NCBI GenBank assembly: GCA_976551045.1
Contig: CDPCPM010000060.1
Location: 3,534,001 to 3,598,000 of the forward strand
Source: Glaucostegus cemiculus
Lineage: Eukaryota
Reading direction: 5' to 3'
DNA: 64,000 nt
Part shown: positions 26,936-39,869 of the stretch, piece after piece
Layout of the letters: each line of letters begins with the position of its first letter
Numbering within the stretch: the first letter of the stretch is position 1
The notes under the pieces: generated by a model
What the model was told of the DNA's origin: nothing
Seen by the model: only the letters and a program-made list of their open reading frames with translations
The model's database searches: none
Made by a program: the position numbers and the translations under genes

Positions 26936-28972
26936 AGAGACGATAGGTGTACCACAGTCTCCAGAATATATTTGTACTTCCCTTGGCCACAAATGCACCT
27001 TATAGAATCCAGATGGCTGAAATAAATATGAGACTCTCATCTTAAGATGTTACATCATTATTTGCTAGTTTGGAGTTCTTTTTTTTGTAGAAAAAAACAT
27101 TTTTTTTACACTTATGTGCATTTTGAAAACTTCTGCTCCAAAAGTAGAGTCTCATTCAAAGGGAGTGTGAATCAGAGAATCTGTGTGACTATTTTGTTGC
27201 TCTCCTGAGTAATGACACAATGTTCCATCTTCGCAGTTCTCTAATCCTCTCTCCTTGCAAAATGGTGACATTTATATATTGTGCTGAAATTGTTGGCAAT
27301 GCTTATTTATTGTCTTTTTCTCTTGTCACTTATTTCTCTCTCCTTTTCTTCCCTGAAAGTATTTCTGATGGGTTGTGTTCCAGAGGTATCAGAAGCTCAC
27401 TCAACTACTTATCATATTGATCTTGTCAGCATGTCTCTATATGCCACTCAACCAAGGCAATATCATGGCTGATCCCCACCCTGTACTGATCCAACAATTT
27501 TGCTGGATAGTGATCGGTGATGGGAACTTTGGTTAAAACACCCTTTCTTTCCACAGCTTCTGCGTTACCTATGCTCAGAGATCAATCAGTGAGTCCCAGA
27601 TTTTACAAGGCAGCCATTTCTCAACTTTGCTTACTAGATGATCCTATTGTTGCAGTAGAAACAGCCCAAATGGTTGTACTTAACCATAGACTGGCCACAG
27701 GCAAGGCCACATGATGAATAAACGGGATTTTGCACTTAACAGGAGATTACTTCCATCAGTTATCTGAATATTGATTTTTATCTGCATTCAACAAGTGGAA
27801 AGAGGAAGCTAAAGGCAGTAACAAACTTTTGCTGGAAATAATGTGATAAATTTTCATGATTTATGACAGAGTCAAAAGCCAAAACTGAAGATTGTATCAC
27901 TACCTTGTAAATGTCTGTCAATTATTCTGCATGTAGAAGTGTTAATGATTATATAGAATTGTTCTTATTTGCTTTTCAGTGACAGAACCACTTCAATTAC
28001 ACCAGGATTTGAGTCACATAGCTTGATGTTGTGAATTTTGATTTCAATAAAAATTTAGGATGTTCTGCAGAAGTGGCAACTTTTTTTTAATCGTGTTTCT
28101 CCCAAAAGAGAGATTTGGCAGAAATGGGACTGCATTTTTCAACTACTTTTCAAATCTTTTTTCACAGAGGGAGTGGAATGTATTGTGTACTCCTAACAAT
28201 ATGAGATGTATTAGGGAAGTCCGTATCTAATCAAAACATATTCGGTGCTTGTTATTTGACCTCTTCATGTTAACTATGCAAGGAATCCAGTAATAATTTT
28301 ATTATTGCACCCTTGGGCCAAGATCTTGAAACTGTTTGACCACAATGGAAGTCAGATTGCAAATAATTGTTTTTTTAACTCTTGGCAGCAATATAACTTC
28401 CAGTTTAATGACATCATCAGATTGGAGTTCCCTGGAATGTTACTTGTTATTTGACTTACACCTTATAACCTAATTTGTGCAAAAAATTAACATTAGAAAT
28501 ATATAAAATAACACAAGGTAAGGTTGCAAAATAGAGTGGCAATCTCCACATATTGTATTTGAAATTTTCTAAATTAGGTAAAGAATTGTCTTTGTACCCA
28601 CAATTAATTATACTGGAAATTTATTCAGAAAGGTAACATTTATAATTACATTACACTTTGCAACCAGCGACCAGAGCAGTTCTTTCCATATCCTGTATTC
28701 GTGAAATCAAGGAATGAATTGTCACCACTTGGGAAGACGAATCATAAAAAAATACTTTTCTCACCTCATGCCTGCAACCTTAATCTATCGGTACTTTTCT
28801 CTTTATTTTCTTAAGTGTTAATACTGTTAATGAAGTGCCATTGCATTAGGCCAGTTGTATTTTGCTTATGTTCTCCTAGTTTACTGACCTGAATCAGGTA
28901 AATTATATTTTGCCTGTTGTTGAAGTAAGCCTTTGAATGGGATATTACACATCCATTATCGTGCATCTGGCC

Positions 28973-29380
28973 TTTTGTAATACGATTGATTCATATTTAG
29001 CCTGCAAACTTATGAGTGTGTTGGGGCTTTTTTGCCATTATTGTCTGCATTGATTCCAGTATCAGTCTGTCAAAGTTTCTTGTAATTGTTCTCCTTCTCT
29101 ACGTAAAAGCACAATTCTTTTATGTGTTTCATTGCTGATATGCTTCAATTCAATGAAAGTTCAATCCTTTGGAGATGGATGAAATCCTTTGAATGTGTCA
29201 TGCCACGTTTTAATATCAGCAATGAAACACATTAAAGAATTGTGCTTTTGTGTAGAGAAGAACAATTACAAGAAACTTTGACAGACTGATACTGGAATCA
29301 GTGAAGGCAATAATGGCAAAAAAAAGCCCCAACACACTCATAAGTTTGCAGGCTAAATATGAATCAATCCTGTTACAAAA
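28973..29380. repeat. Long inverted repeat: arms 28973-29141 and 29213-29380, 71-bp spacer
   Basis: Manual alignment of the left arm to the reverse complement of the right arm: 8 substitutions and 2 small indels over about 168 bp. Confidence 0.97.
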
Positions 29381-29500
29381 AGTTTCCTTCTGCATTCTAA
29401 AGACGTACGGGTTAGTAGGTTAAAATGGGTGTAATTGGGCAGTGCGGGCACATTGGGCCAGAGGGGCCTGTTACTGTGCTGTATAAATAAAGTTTTAAAG
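29381..29500 (+). mobile_element. 5'-truncated V-SINE 3' half
   Basis: agtttccttctgcattctaaagacgtacgggttagtagg...gggccagaggggcctgttactgtgctgtataaataaa starts mid V-domain. Confidence 0.75.
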
Positions 29501-29509
29501 TTTAAAAAC

Positions 29510-29765
29510 TCATCCTGAACTCCACAACTGGTGCCAAACTTCTGGATTCTCTCCCTGAACCTCTCAACCTCCATTTCTCATTCCTCCTTTGAGACGTCCT
29601 TCAAACTCATTTTGGTTACCTGCCCAAATATTTCTTTGTTGCTGAGTATTCAGTTCTGCCTAAGTATTCAGTGCTTCAGATAAGGTATTCAGATAATACC
29701 TAATCTGAAGCACCTTGGCTGTACATTAAAGGCACCATAAAGATATAAGTTGCTATTAATTGTTA
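29510..29765 (+). mobile_element. L2 LINE 3' tail
   Basis: ctggattctctccctgaacctctc...tgaagcaccttgg...attaaaggcacc...ataagttgct. Confidence 0.6.
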
Positions 29766-31899
29766 TTAAGTTACATGTGACCTTCTTGTCAATACTTTTA
29801 TTCTGATGGAAAACCCCTAGTACCGACTCCCTTCCCCCATTCAAGTGTCTAGATGAATTTCATACAAGGCTTTGGCTCATCACCTGGATTGCTCATAAAA
29901 GAGAAAATTTGTAATTCTAGTACCTCCTGGTTGCCAGTTAGGGAAAAACATTGGCAGAAGCTGGGAATCAGACAGCGATCCAGACGGCACTGGCCTGTTT
30001 ATCTGCAAAATAAATCTGATGTATTCCAACACCACTTTAGCAAAATGAAAAATTAATTTGCAGTAATTAACTGTCAGAAGCAACATTCAAAGAGTAACTG
30101 CCAAAAAAACAATCTAATGGTATTCTGTGAGCCCCAATATGACCAAGGCTGGCTGATGATAAAGTTAATATTTAAGAAGGTGAAAACTGAACCGGCTCTG
30201 GGGTGAATTGTGGAGAAATATAATCAAGGATAGAATATGTATAGGTTCTATTATAGCATTATCTGGGAAATCACTACAGCTTCCTTGTGGCATTATGGCA
30301 CCTCAATTAATATATAAAAAATATAGGACCTGAAAACTACTGTTACTGATAGGAACAGACAAATACTTAAGATATTTCTATGACATTCCTGTGCCTGTAT
30401 TTAGCTGGAGATGTTATCCAATTTAAAATGGAATGGGAATACTTACGTTCAAGAGCAAACCAAGCAATAATATGTCAAGCCAACATTTGTCTAACTAGCT
30501 ATAATCTACAGTGGAAGCTGCTAATCTAAAAAAGTTAGTATTGAAAGAAAAGAAACTTCAAAGGGACTGTTTTATATTCCATATGCCTTTATGTGGAGAA
30601 AAGAAGTTTATAAATATGCACAAGATAAATTCTGTGAAGACTGGAAATCTTCACAATACTGTACTCCATGAGCTGTTAGCAGGGGCACATCTCGAGACAA
30701 TCACCAGTTGTTACCAAAAGATCAATGCAGTAAACGACACCCTTATTGAAGCTTGGAGTTTGCTAATTTTCCAGTGCAAAGAACTATCTGCCTTGCACTC
30801 TGATACATTATAACATTCAATATACGTGCTGAAGACCACACTCTGGCTTGGTTCAGCTGCCTCAAAAGCTCAGTGGGGAAATGTCATAGTTTTGGACCCT
30901 CCCACCAATGTACACTAAAACCAGTGTAAAATCCCTCGTGCTGCAGTAAATCATTTTAATGTAATATAATTTTAAAAGGAATATGTGCTATGGAGTGAGG
31001 CATCTTAGAGCACTATTTCCTAAATTGATCTCTTTTACACAAGCTAGATTATATTTGATTATGTTGTATTTTGTCTTTACAAATCCTGTGATTAATGTTA
31101 AATTTTAGGAAACAAAATTGCTGGGACAGGGATAATAGCCAACTGGCTCTGATGAGTGGAAGAGCCAAATTAGAGATTGATAATGGGTTAGGAAATTTGA
31201 TTTCGTTTTAAGATATGGCATAATTTTCTTTGATAAGACTGAAAAGGAAATACTTTGAACAAAAAGTAATTCCTTAGACTTTCCTTTAAGAGACTGTTGT
31301 TAACAATGGTGTTGTTAGAACACTATGCAATGAGTAATTGTAGAAAAGCCAATTCTACTTCACCAGCAAGGATCACCTTACACAATTATGAATTTTGAGG
31401 CCATTTTCAACATTAAATTATAAATAGATATTTGAATATTTTACTCTATACCAGAAGAATGGAATGATTAAGCTGGCAAACCTCGATATAACAACATTGG
31501 AATTTTCCTTCTGGCGATTACTTTCAGCATTTGGGTGATTGCATTACCTATCATACCTTCAGTTAAGTGGTTGTATATTACAATATATAATGGCTTCAAT
31601 TGTTCTTGCACCAGTGTTAAAATATTTTCCTTAAGTACCCATCATCCCCATTGTATCTCTCTGAAGAGATTTAAGTTGACTGGGTTTTAAAATACTGACT
31701 TAAGATAAAGCATGTTTAAATAATTGAGATTGTTTTGACTAAAAGTGTAGCAGTGAGAATTTAAGTATTTTCCTTCATTCGTGATGTATTGCTCTGTGGT
31801 GAATGAGTTCAGAACACTGGATATCTTTGATAATAAATACTCTTTGAAATATTCTTATATCAAATCCCGATGCAATATATAAAGAGACAAGGGATGGAC

Positions 31900-32490
31900 T
31901 TGAACAGTATCATTTTTGATAAACTGGTATATCTTGTTTAGACAACATTTGGATTATTGCATATTGCTCTGCTCATGTTATTACAAAATGGATAGGGAGG
32001 CACAGTTGAGGATACACATTAATGATATCAGAACAGCAAGGTTATACCTATCAGGAAAGTGTGAGTAGACTGAATCTGTTTTCTTTTGAAAAGAGAAGGC
32101 CAATGGGATGAACTAATAGGGGTCTTTAAAACGTTCAATGGTTTTGCTAGTTTCTGAGGGAGTGTTTCCATTTGTGGGAAGATCAAATCTAGAAACCATC
32201 AGTAGGTAAGACTCCAAAAAACAAATAGGGATTCAGAGCAAATTGATGTGCTTAGACGTTGGCACAGAAAATGTTGAACTTGCTGCCATTGGGAGTGGAA
32301 GATGTGAATAATACAGATGCATTTAAAGGAAACTAAGTAAGCATGTGAGGGAGATTATTATAGTGGCTTCACTGTTAGAGTTAGAAGAAGAAAAATAGGA
32401 AGAGGCTTATGTACAGCATAAACACCAACATATAATGGTTGGGAAATGGCCTGATTCTTTGATGTTTTTTTCTGTAACATTCTATGTAAT
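31900..32490 (+). mobile_element. CR1 LINE 3' fragment
   Basis: LV..HLDYC and RLNLFSFEKRR-like translation; ends tggttgggaaatggcctgattc. Confidence 0.65.
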
Positions 32491-32639
32491 TTCCCTTGGT
32501 TTATTATCAATATAGTCTATGTTGAAAACTACAATTTATACTGTTTGCTAATAGTAGTGAAAAAAAGATGTAAGTATAAAATTAAAGCACAGAGGAAAAT
32601 CACTGATGCTCATTTGGGATTTTGGAAGATCTTCACGGA

Positions 32640-33640
32640 ATCATAGAAGCCGAGTAAACTTATGACGGAGAAGGAGGTCATTCAGCCTTCACTCCATGCC
32701 CTTTGTTTCCTGACACTGCCAACTTCTGATCAAATATGCCACTCTTGATTGGATCCTATGGGTCTTTACTTCTTTGGTCAGCCTACCATATGGACCTTTT
32801 TAAATCTACGTCAAATGCAATGCCCTCATTGACCTTTCTTGTTACTTTCTCAAAAACTTTAATCAGGTTAGTCAGACAAAAATAAAAATGGAAAATTCTG
32901 GAAATACTCAGCTGATCAGGCAGCATCTGTGGAGAGAGAAAACGTTCTTAAGGTCAATGACCTTCTAACATCTGCACTATTTGGCTTCTAGGTAGACTGG
33001 ATCTCTCCTTAGGAAATCTATGTTGACTGCCCTTGATTAACTCAAGCATCTCTAAATTAACGTTTATATTAGCCCTTAGAATTGATTCCAATATTTGACA
33101 ATCTATGAATTTAAGATAAGTGGCTTCTAATTACTGAACATCCCTTCACTTTTCTAAAGAAATGTGCAACATTAGAAATCTTCCAATTCTTTAGTCCCAC
33201 TCCTGTAGCAATGAGAAATGATGGTCAGATCCTTAGTAATTTCCTCCCCTTCCTTCCTTTAACAGCCTGAAAGATGTTTCTATCAGAACTGGCAATTTTT
33301 TCTACTATAAAAGATGCTAAACACCTGAACGCTTCCTCGTTTACTAGTTTACTCCATTCAGTATTTCACACTTGTCCTTCTTAATTACATCATCGGCAAC
33401 ATGTCCTTTTAGAAAACAGCCACAAAATATTAATTCATAGTCTTGCCCACATCCACTGCCTCCCCACGTGGACTATGCTTTTGGTCCGCAATATACACTA
33501 CTCTTTCATTAGTTACCCTCTTGCTCTTTATGTATTTATAAAACATTTTTAGATTTCCTTTGGTTTTACTTATCTGTTTTATTTGCACTCTCCGTACTTT
33601 CTTGATATCCCTTTTAATTGCACTCCTATACTTTCCTTAC
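32640..33640 (-). mobile_element. Decayed CR1 fragments with a PLE pLTR end inserted at about 32880-32970
   Basis: gaaggaggtcattcagcc tail; pLTR block ctggaaatactcagctgatcaggcagcatctgtggagagag. Confidence 0.5.
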
Positions 33641-36149
33641 TCATTGAGCAGAATATTTTCCTATTTTACATTTTGTGTGCAGTTACTTGCTATAATAGTG
33701 ACTTAGTTCAGCAAATATTTGGACAATCATTCAAGTAACATTGAAAGTTAAGGCCATTTTATTGTGACAGCAATCATGGGGCTATAATTATTGTCATTGT
33801 GACATGGGAGGTTAACAGCAGTTCATTGCAGTAAGGCCTAAAAGAGCTGCCATTTATATTGTGACATTGGAGATCCTATTCTTTCTGCCTTTGGTGTCTC
33901 CTTTACTGTTTTTACATGTTACTTGTTTAAGATTTTGGAGAGTAACTGCATGTTGTCAATCAGCTAAACTTAAAGATGGCTTTCCTTGAATAAAGCATGC
34001 CATCAGTCTTTGGGACCATGAATACTTGGAAATTCTAGTTTGAAAATATGAAATTTCTTGGATAAAAATTTTTATCTGATTGGCCTCTCTTTTTTTTCCC
34101 CTATTAATGAATTCATGGAGCCTCTATAGTTGTGATTCACAAAGTAAAATTCCAGATAAACTCCCTTCTGTTGACTTTTAATTGATGACTAGGGAATACC
34201 CTGAATGTTGTTATTTGGATGTGTGCATCAATTGTGACTCCATGCTCTATAAAAGAGATTGAATGATGATAATTATGGTGGTTGTGTAATATGTCTCCTC
34301 AAAGGCATGTTGCCTGGGCAAACCCATTGTAAACTGTCCTTCTCTACTGGAGCAATGAGTCAAATGTGCATGTTGATTAACAACTCCTGCCTGCGAACGT
34401 GTGTGTTTGTGTGGATTGCTTTTCTGAATGTCTGCCAACAGATTTGAAAAACAGACCTTGACTATGTGCACACAATACGCAAGTATTGTTTTCTGGCTGG
34501 CGCTCACTTCATATTGCAACACAACAATAAACGCCTTACACATCGCTTGCTTAGGGAAAGCAATACCTTAATTCTCTCAATACTGGTATAGAAGGAGGAG
34601 CTATATGATTTGGATGCAATGGTGAAAGAACCTTCTGACCAGGATGTGCACTATGTGTAACATGAAACGTGCAGCAGAACAGCCAGCATTCACTTTAAGC
34701 TTACTGCATTCCTGCATGTTTATAAGGATTATCTGTCTTGGTTTACAGCCAATCCCTCCCCTCCTTTCTTTAATTGGACTTTTCAATGTTTAATCTTTTA
34801 TGTCAATTCGAGCTCTTAAAGGTCTAGCAACTGCAGCCTGGACAATAAAGGTGTTTGTGGAATCTATGCAACTAGCTAATAATGTTAAATTACATGCAAT
34901 TACTGGCTTTTAGGTATTGGAATGCTTGTACGTAACAATGATATTGTTTTGCTGTGACATCTTTGCACTAGTTGGTTTATCAGAGGTCGTTTTTAGTTTA
35001 CTCTAATGAGAGTCAAGCTAAGTCATCTTTGGCTGCATGCACAAAACATAGTCTAGAGTATTGCACCCACAATCCCATATTTGGTCCATTCAGATCAATG
35101 AAACCTAACATGTAGAGGTGAGCACGACCCATGGCTGATACCCTTGTACAGGCAGCCAAGATGAATTTCTTTAACATGCTTTCACTTGAGTTTGTAATGA
35201 TATGGTATCCTCAGTGGTTGAACTCTTTGACTGAATATTATCCGTTTGTCAAATACACCCCTCTCAGAATTCAATGCAGATGTGAACCAGGATTTATCTG
35301 GCAAAAGTAAACCAGCAGTAGTACAGACTAACATCTAGAATAATGGAATTCCAGGCTAAACATAGGTTTATCTCAGTAGAAGGGCATAAACCCCAGAGAT
35401 TTTGTTAATGCATCACAGTCATATAACTGAGCGACAACCACGATTGAACCTCTGCGACACGATGTAATTAATACTCTTTAATTAAAATACTTAAATAAAG
35501 GTAATTAAAAGATGTGTCTGCCTGTACCCATTATCTCTGGTTAGAAATTATCCCAAGATGTCTGTACTTGTTTGTGCTTTGAGGGCCTGTGTAATATTTC
35601 TGTGGTTGCAAATGATAGGAGTGTTCAGTAGTAGAAGAGAAACCCACACTAATCTGGGCAGAATTAAGCTCTTTGTAATTAAATGAATAATATTACACAT
35701 ATGGGATTGCGCTGCCTTAAATTGAAAAAGCACTTGTTTGTACTAAGCAGACGATAGCAGAATTTAAGGAAACTATGGGGGAATTGTCTTCAAGTTTATT
35801 TTGTCAAGTATAGTATGATTAGAATTTCCTAGTTTATGTTGCACAGTAATTTGAATATGTTGGTTTAAAATATGATGAAGATGGTCAGGAAAGCTGAGTT
35901 TGTCTGTGTAGGTGAATGGTTCACTTGAACCAATTGGGCATGAAGTTTTAGCATTTGTTTTCAAAGAAGTCTGCTTGATTGTATTGTGAACACACTGAAG
36001 GGTAATTCTTATGCGAACATATGAATTGGGAGCTGAAGTAGGACACTTGGCCCTTCAAGTCTGCTCTGCTCTGCAACTTGCTACTTTCTGTATCCATTCT
36101 TCGTGAATAAATTTATGTAAAGGTGCAATAATTTCAAAAAATAAGAAAA

Positions 36150-36510
36150 CAAGTCCTTCATTTCTACATTGCCTTTCTGGAAATTCCAAATAACTTTTCA
36201 GCCAATGTAGAGTAATTCTATTGCAATGTAAGAAATGTTGCATCCAATTTATACATTGCAAACCCACAAAGAGCAATTTGACAGTGACACAAAAAGATTT
36301 TTCAATGAAGTTGATTGAGGAATAACTCACTTTTTTTATTAATCATTCCATGGGATTATTCCTATCCACCTGTGAGAGATGGTTTTAATGGTTCAACTGA
36401 GAGGTGGCTCCTCCAACAGAGCAGCATTCCCTCAAGATTTAGCCAAATCTCAGATCTCTGGAGTGGGACTTGAACCCACAACCGTCTGCTTCAGAGTCGA
36501 GAATGCTACA
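36150..36510 (-). mobile_element. DeuSINE (SacSINE1/AmnSINE1-like)
   Basis: ctctggagtgggacttgaacccacaacc (reverse B box), gcagcattccctca, atccacctg Deu-domain-like text. Confidence 0.7.
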
Positions 36511-37721
36511 ATATCAGTAGAAATTAGTTTCCTCCTTCATGTCTCTTATTGGCTCCGTTTATTCAGCCAGCTCCTGGCTATACAACACAATCTTATGTAA
36601 CTGGCTGCTCCACATATGTCAGTAGGCAAACACGCAGTGAGAACAGATGCACTCTACCGACATCATCGCCAGGTTTCGTCAGGGAGTGTGCCTGCAGGGA
36701 ACAATGAAGTTCTGCAGAGCTCCTATCTCAATAGACCTTAAAAAAAATAACCCAACCAACAAAGTGTATTCAAATTCAATAGATACTGATTTTATTTTTG
36801 AGGATAGGAAAGATCTAATTTGTTTTGTGATTCTCTGCAATTCCACATACGGAGAGGCTTGGGTGACACTTTCTACTTCTCGTGTTACTTCTCTTAACCT
36901 CACATGAAAGATGCAATATTTGGCTTGGTCTTAGTGTCAAAGAACACCCATTGCTTGAATCGCTGCGTGGTATACCAGCAGAAACCTGTGTATAACGATT
37001 GGATCTCACTTTTGAGGGAGTGCTGAAAGAGTTGTTAATCTCAGGAAATACCAGAACTGTGGAAATTCATCCTTCGTGTTTTATCTAAACGAAAATTTTC
37101 ATTATAACTCGGCACAAAGAAAGTCTGTTCATGCCGATTATCAATACTTTCCTTTTTTCATCCCCTAATTTCATTTTTACAGAACTTTTATGGCTTTAAT
37201 GTAATGAGAAGCAGGCTAATTTTGTTTGCAAAATTCACAAGAGACTTGGTCCGGGCTTTAAGGATGAAACCATCAGCATTGTGTACCCTTGAGAAAGTTA
37301 CTGACATTTTGTATGTGATGTCATTATTAAAAGATCTTGCTGTCAGCATAGCCAGCATTGATTACAGACTGATTATGACTGAGGTAGTCTAGGGATTAAA
37401 ACCTTCACCCAAGCAACATTCATGTAATAAGGTGACATCACAGTTTAAACTAACAACAGATTTGGTTGAGTTATCAGATTATTCACCATGCTAAATTTGC
37501 TTGAGATTTATTAAAAGGTTTGTGATGCTATTCTGGGTGTATGGTAGAGGTGGCAGAAGGAAGCATTAACTGCATTACTTCCATACTAAGATGGAGGCCT
37601 TTCAGATCCTCACATCAGGATTTCAGGGGTTCAGTGCTGGGATGAAGGATTACAGGTGGAGAAATGTTGCCTCAGTGAAGATGATCTACCCAGAGATATT
37701 TCTAAAATATTTTGTAAATAT

Positions 37722-38037
37722 TGCAGTCACAGCTCCAGCGACCTGGGATCAGTTCTGACCTCTATTGCTGACTGTATGTACACTCTCTCTGTGATTATGT
37801 GGGTTTTGTCAAGGTGCTCTGGTTTCTTCCCACTTCCCACATCCTGAAGACATGAATGCTGATAGGTTGATTGGCTCCTAGTGTATGGATGAGTGATAGA
37901 ACCTGGGGAGAGTTTGGGGGAATGTGTAGAGAATAAAATAGAATTAGTGTAGGATTAGTGTAAATAGGTACTTAGTGGTTGGTGCACACTCAGAGGGCTG
38001 AAGGACTGTTTCCATACTGTGTGATTCTATGACTCTA
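37722..38037 (+). mobile_element. V-SINE (HE1-like)
   Basis: cacagctccagcgacctggg...gtgctctggtttcttccca...gggctgaaggactgtttccatactgtgtgattctatgactct. Confidence 0.8.
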
Positions 38038-38576
38038 TAAGTCAAGCGGTTTACCACATTTGTTAGTGAAATCCACTGCATGTTGTCAATGCTATTGTTT
38101 GTTTTTATTTTTTGGCAGGTTGTTCAATTTGATGTTGCTCAGGTGTCTAATCATCTGATAGACATTTATGACTTCATCTAACAACAGTGCTTTTGTAAAC
38201 TAACCAATCAAACAGACAGCCATCACAATACTTCATTTGGTATTATTCATAAAGATTAGGATTCCAGTCTCAATTGATTTATGGAACCATACTTTTCCTT
38301 GAGCTTTTCCTTGAGTTTTTTATGGGAAAGAAGGAATCGTAACTATTAGAATTCTACTGAATGTCATATAAGTAAATGAAAAATGGCATGAATGGTGTTC
38401 ATGGTGATAACATTTTGCTGAATAATTTGGTTCTCCCAAATGAGGGAAGAAAATAGCTGGGTTGGATGGGAGTGTGAATTAAACATTTGAAAATTACTTA
38501 CTAGAAGATACTACAGCAATTTCATGTTGCTGCTGAGTGGGATTATGCCAATACATCATTTTTCTCTTTTTAATAG

Positions 38577-38787
38577 GATTCTGACAACAACAAAGTCTGT
38601 TCCTTGTACTCCTTCCGCAATGCAACTACCTCACCGCACAAGCCAGAAGAAGGGGCCCGCGAGCGCACTGACATGATCACTAGTGCAGCTTTTGGAACAC
38701 CTGAGAGGCGCAAAGGAAGCTTAGCTGACGTGGTGGACACATTGAAACAGAAGAAGCTCGAAGAAATGACAAAGACTGAACAAGACG
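38577..38787 (+). CDS. SOX6: SOX6 second coding exon (211 nt; phase 0 in, phase 1 out)
   Basis: Acceptor tttttctctttttaatag|GAT at 38576/38577. Translates [70 protein letters not shown]; donor G|[13 protein letters not shown] and QKKLEEMT favour SOX6 over SOX5 (QRKMEELI). In frame with the previous exon. Confidence 0.97.
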
Positions 38788-39869
38788 GTAGGCATGGGCT
38801 CCTTTTCCCTTTTGAGTTCACACACGGGAAACAAAACCATTTTGGTTAGGTGGCCAAAGCAAGTGTATAGGATTGGCGTGGTTAAAAAGCATATCCGATG
38901 GTTGTCATAGTAATAGTGCTTTGAAGTCATTTAAAGGATTTAGTTAGTATCTCTTTCTCTAGTATATTATGTAATACCAAAACTCTTCAATGTTCATCTG
39001 CTCTTCTACCTAGGTCATGAAGCACACTTGAGTAGCATCAGGCTAATAAGACCCGTCTTATCTATGATATACAATTATGTACCAAGAAAAGAGGCATTGC
39101 ACCATATCATTCACTTTTCACATCTTTGTAAGGAGAGAGTCAGTCATTACAACTTATTCACCCTGACAAAAGGAACAACAATTACTAACTAGGTTAGCAC
39201 AAGAGAAATTTCAGAAAACATCTCTGCTAGCACATAGATAATTCAGTTTTGTATCATAGATGTACTTTTGGGTGTTGATTTTGTTTGAATTGAAATATCT
39301 GAAATTGCTGAGTCATGGGCAAAGGTAGGATGAACTACTTAATAGCTAACCTTTTCACACAAAAAGCCTTGATAGATTATAATTTTAGCCTTTTCTTGGG
39401 AATGAAAAGAGATTTTTAGTCTGCTGAATATGTAATTAAACTATCTTTTTATTGGCTGACAACAGAAATAATTTGCTATAAAAATATGATGCTTAATTCG
39501 TAGGCGAGTGTTTTAAGATTAATGGAATGGTGACCATTTATTCTGGTAAAGAACAATAACTATCTTTAATTAAAGACTTCTATGCATGTTTTACATGCTC
39601 TGGTATGCTTATTCTTATGTATTTTTCTTGCTCATTTATTGGATGGGGTTTTTGCTACATTGGGCAGTATTTATTGCCTGCCTTAACCAGCCTTGAACCG
39701 CATGTCTTTTTGGGCCACTTAACCGGTATTTAAGAGTTGACCAATGTTGCTATGAATTATCCAAAGATCAGACTGAGTGAGAGTGGCAAATATCCCTCCC
39801 TGAAGGACATCAATGAGCCAGAAAGGCATTTATGACAATCCTGTAAGGTATGGCCGCCATTAGTAAGAA

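Larger units (their letters stand above)
12947..38576 (+). other. SOX6: SOX6 intron (GT-AG, 25.6 kb) between the two coding exons
   Basis: Begins GTAAGT and ends TAG; joins the two exons in frame with no missing residues relative to known SOX6. Confidence 0.92.

Noticed and set aside
27500-27720. Possible Harbinger N-terminal remnant (RFYKAAISQLCLL)
   Set aside because: Too short and decayed to support without a profile search.
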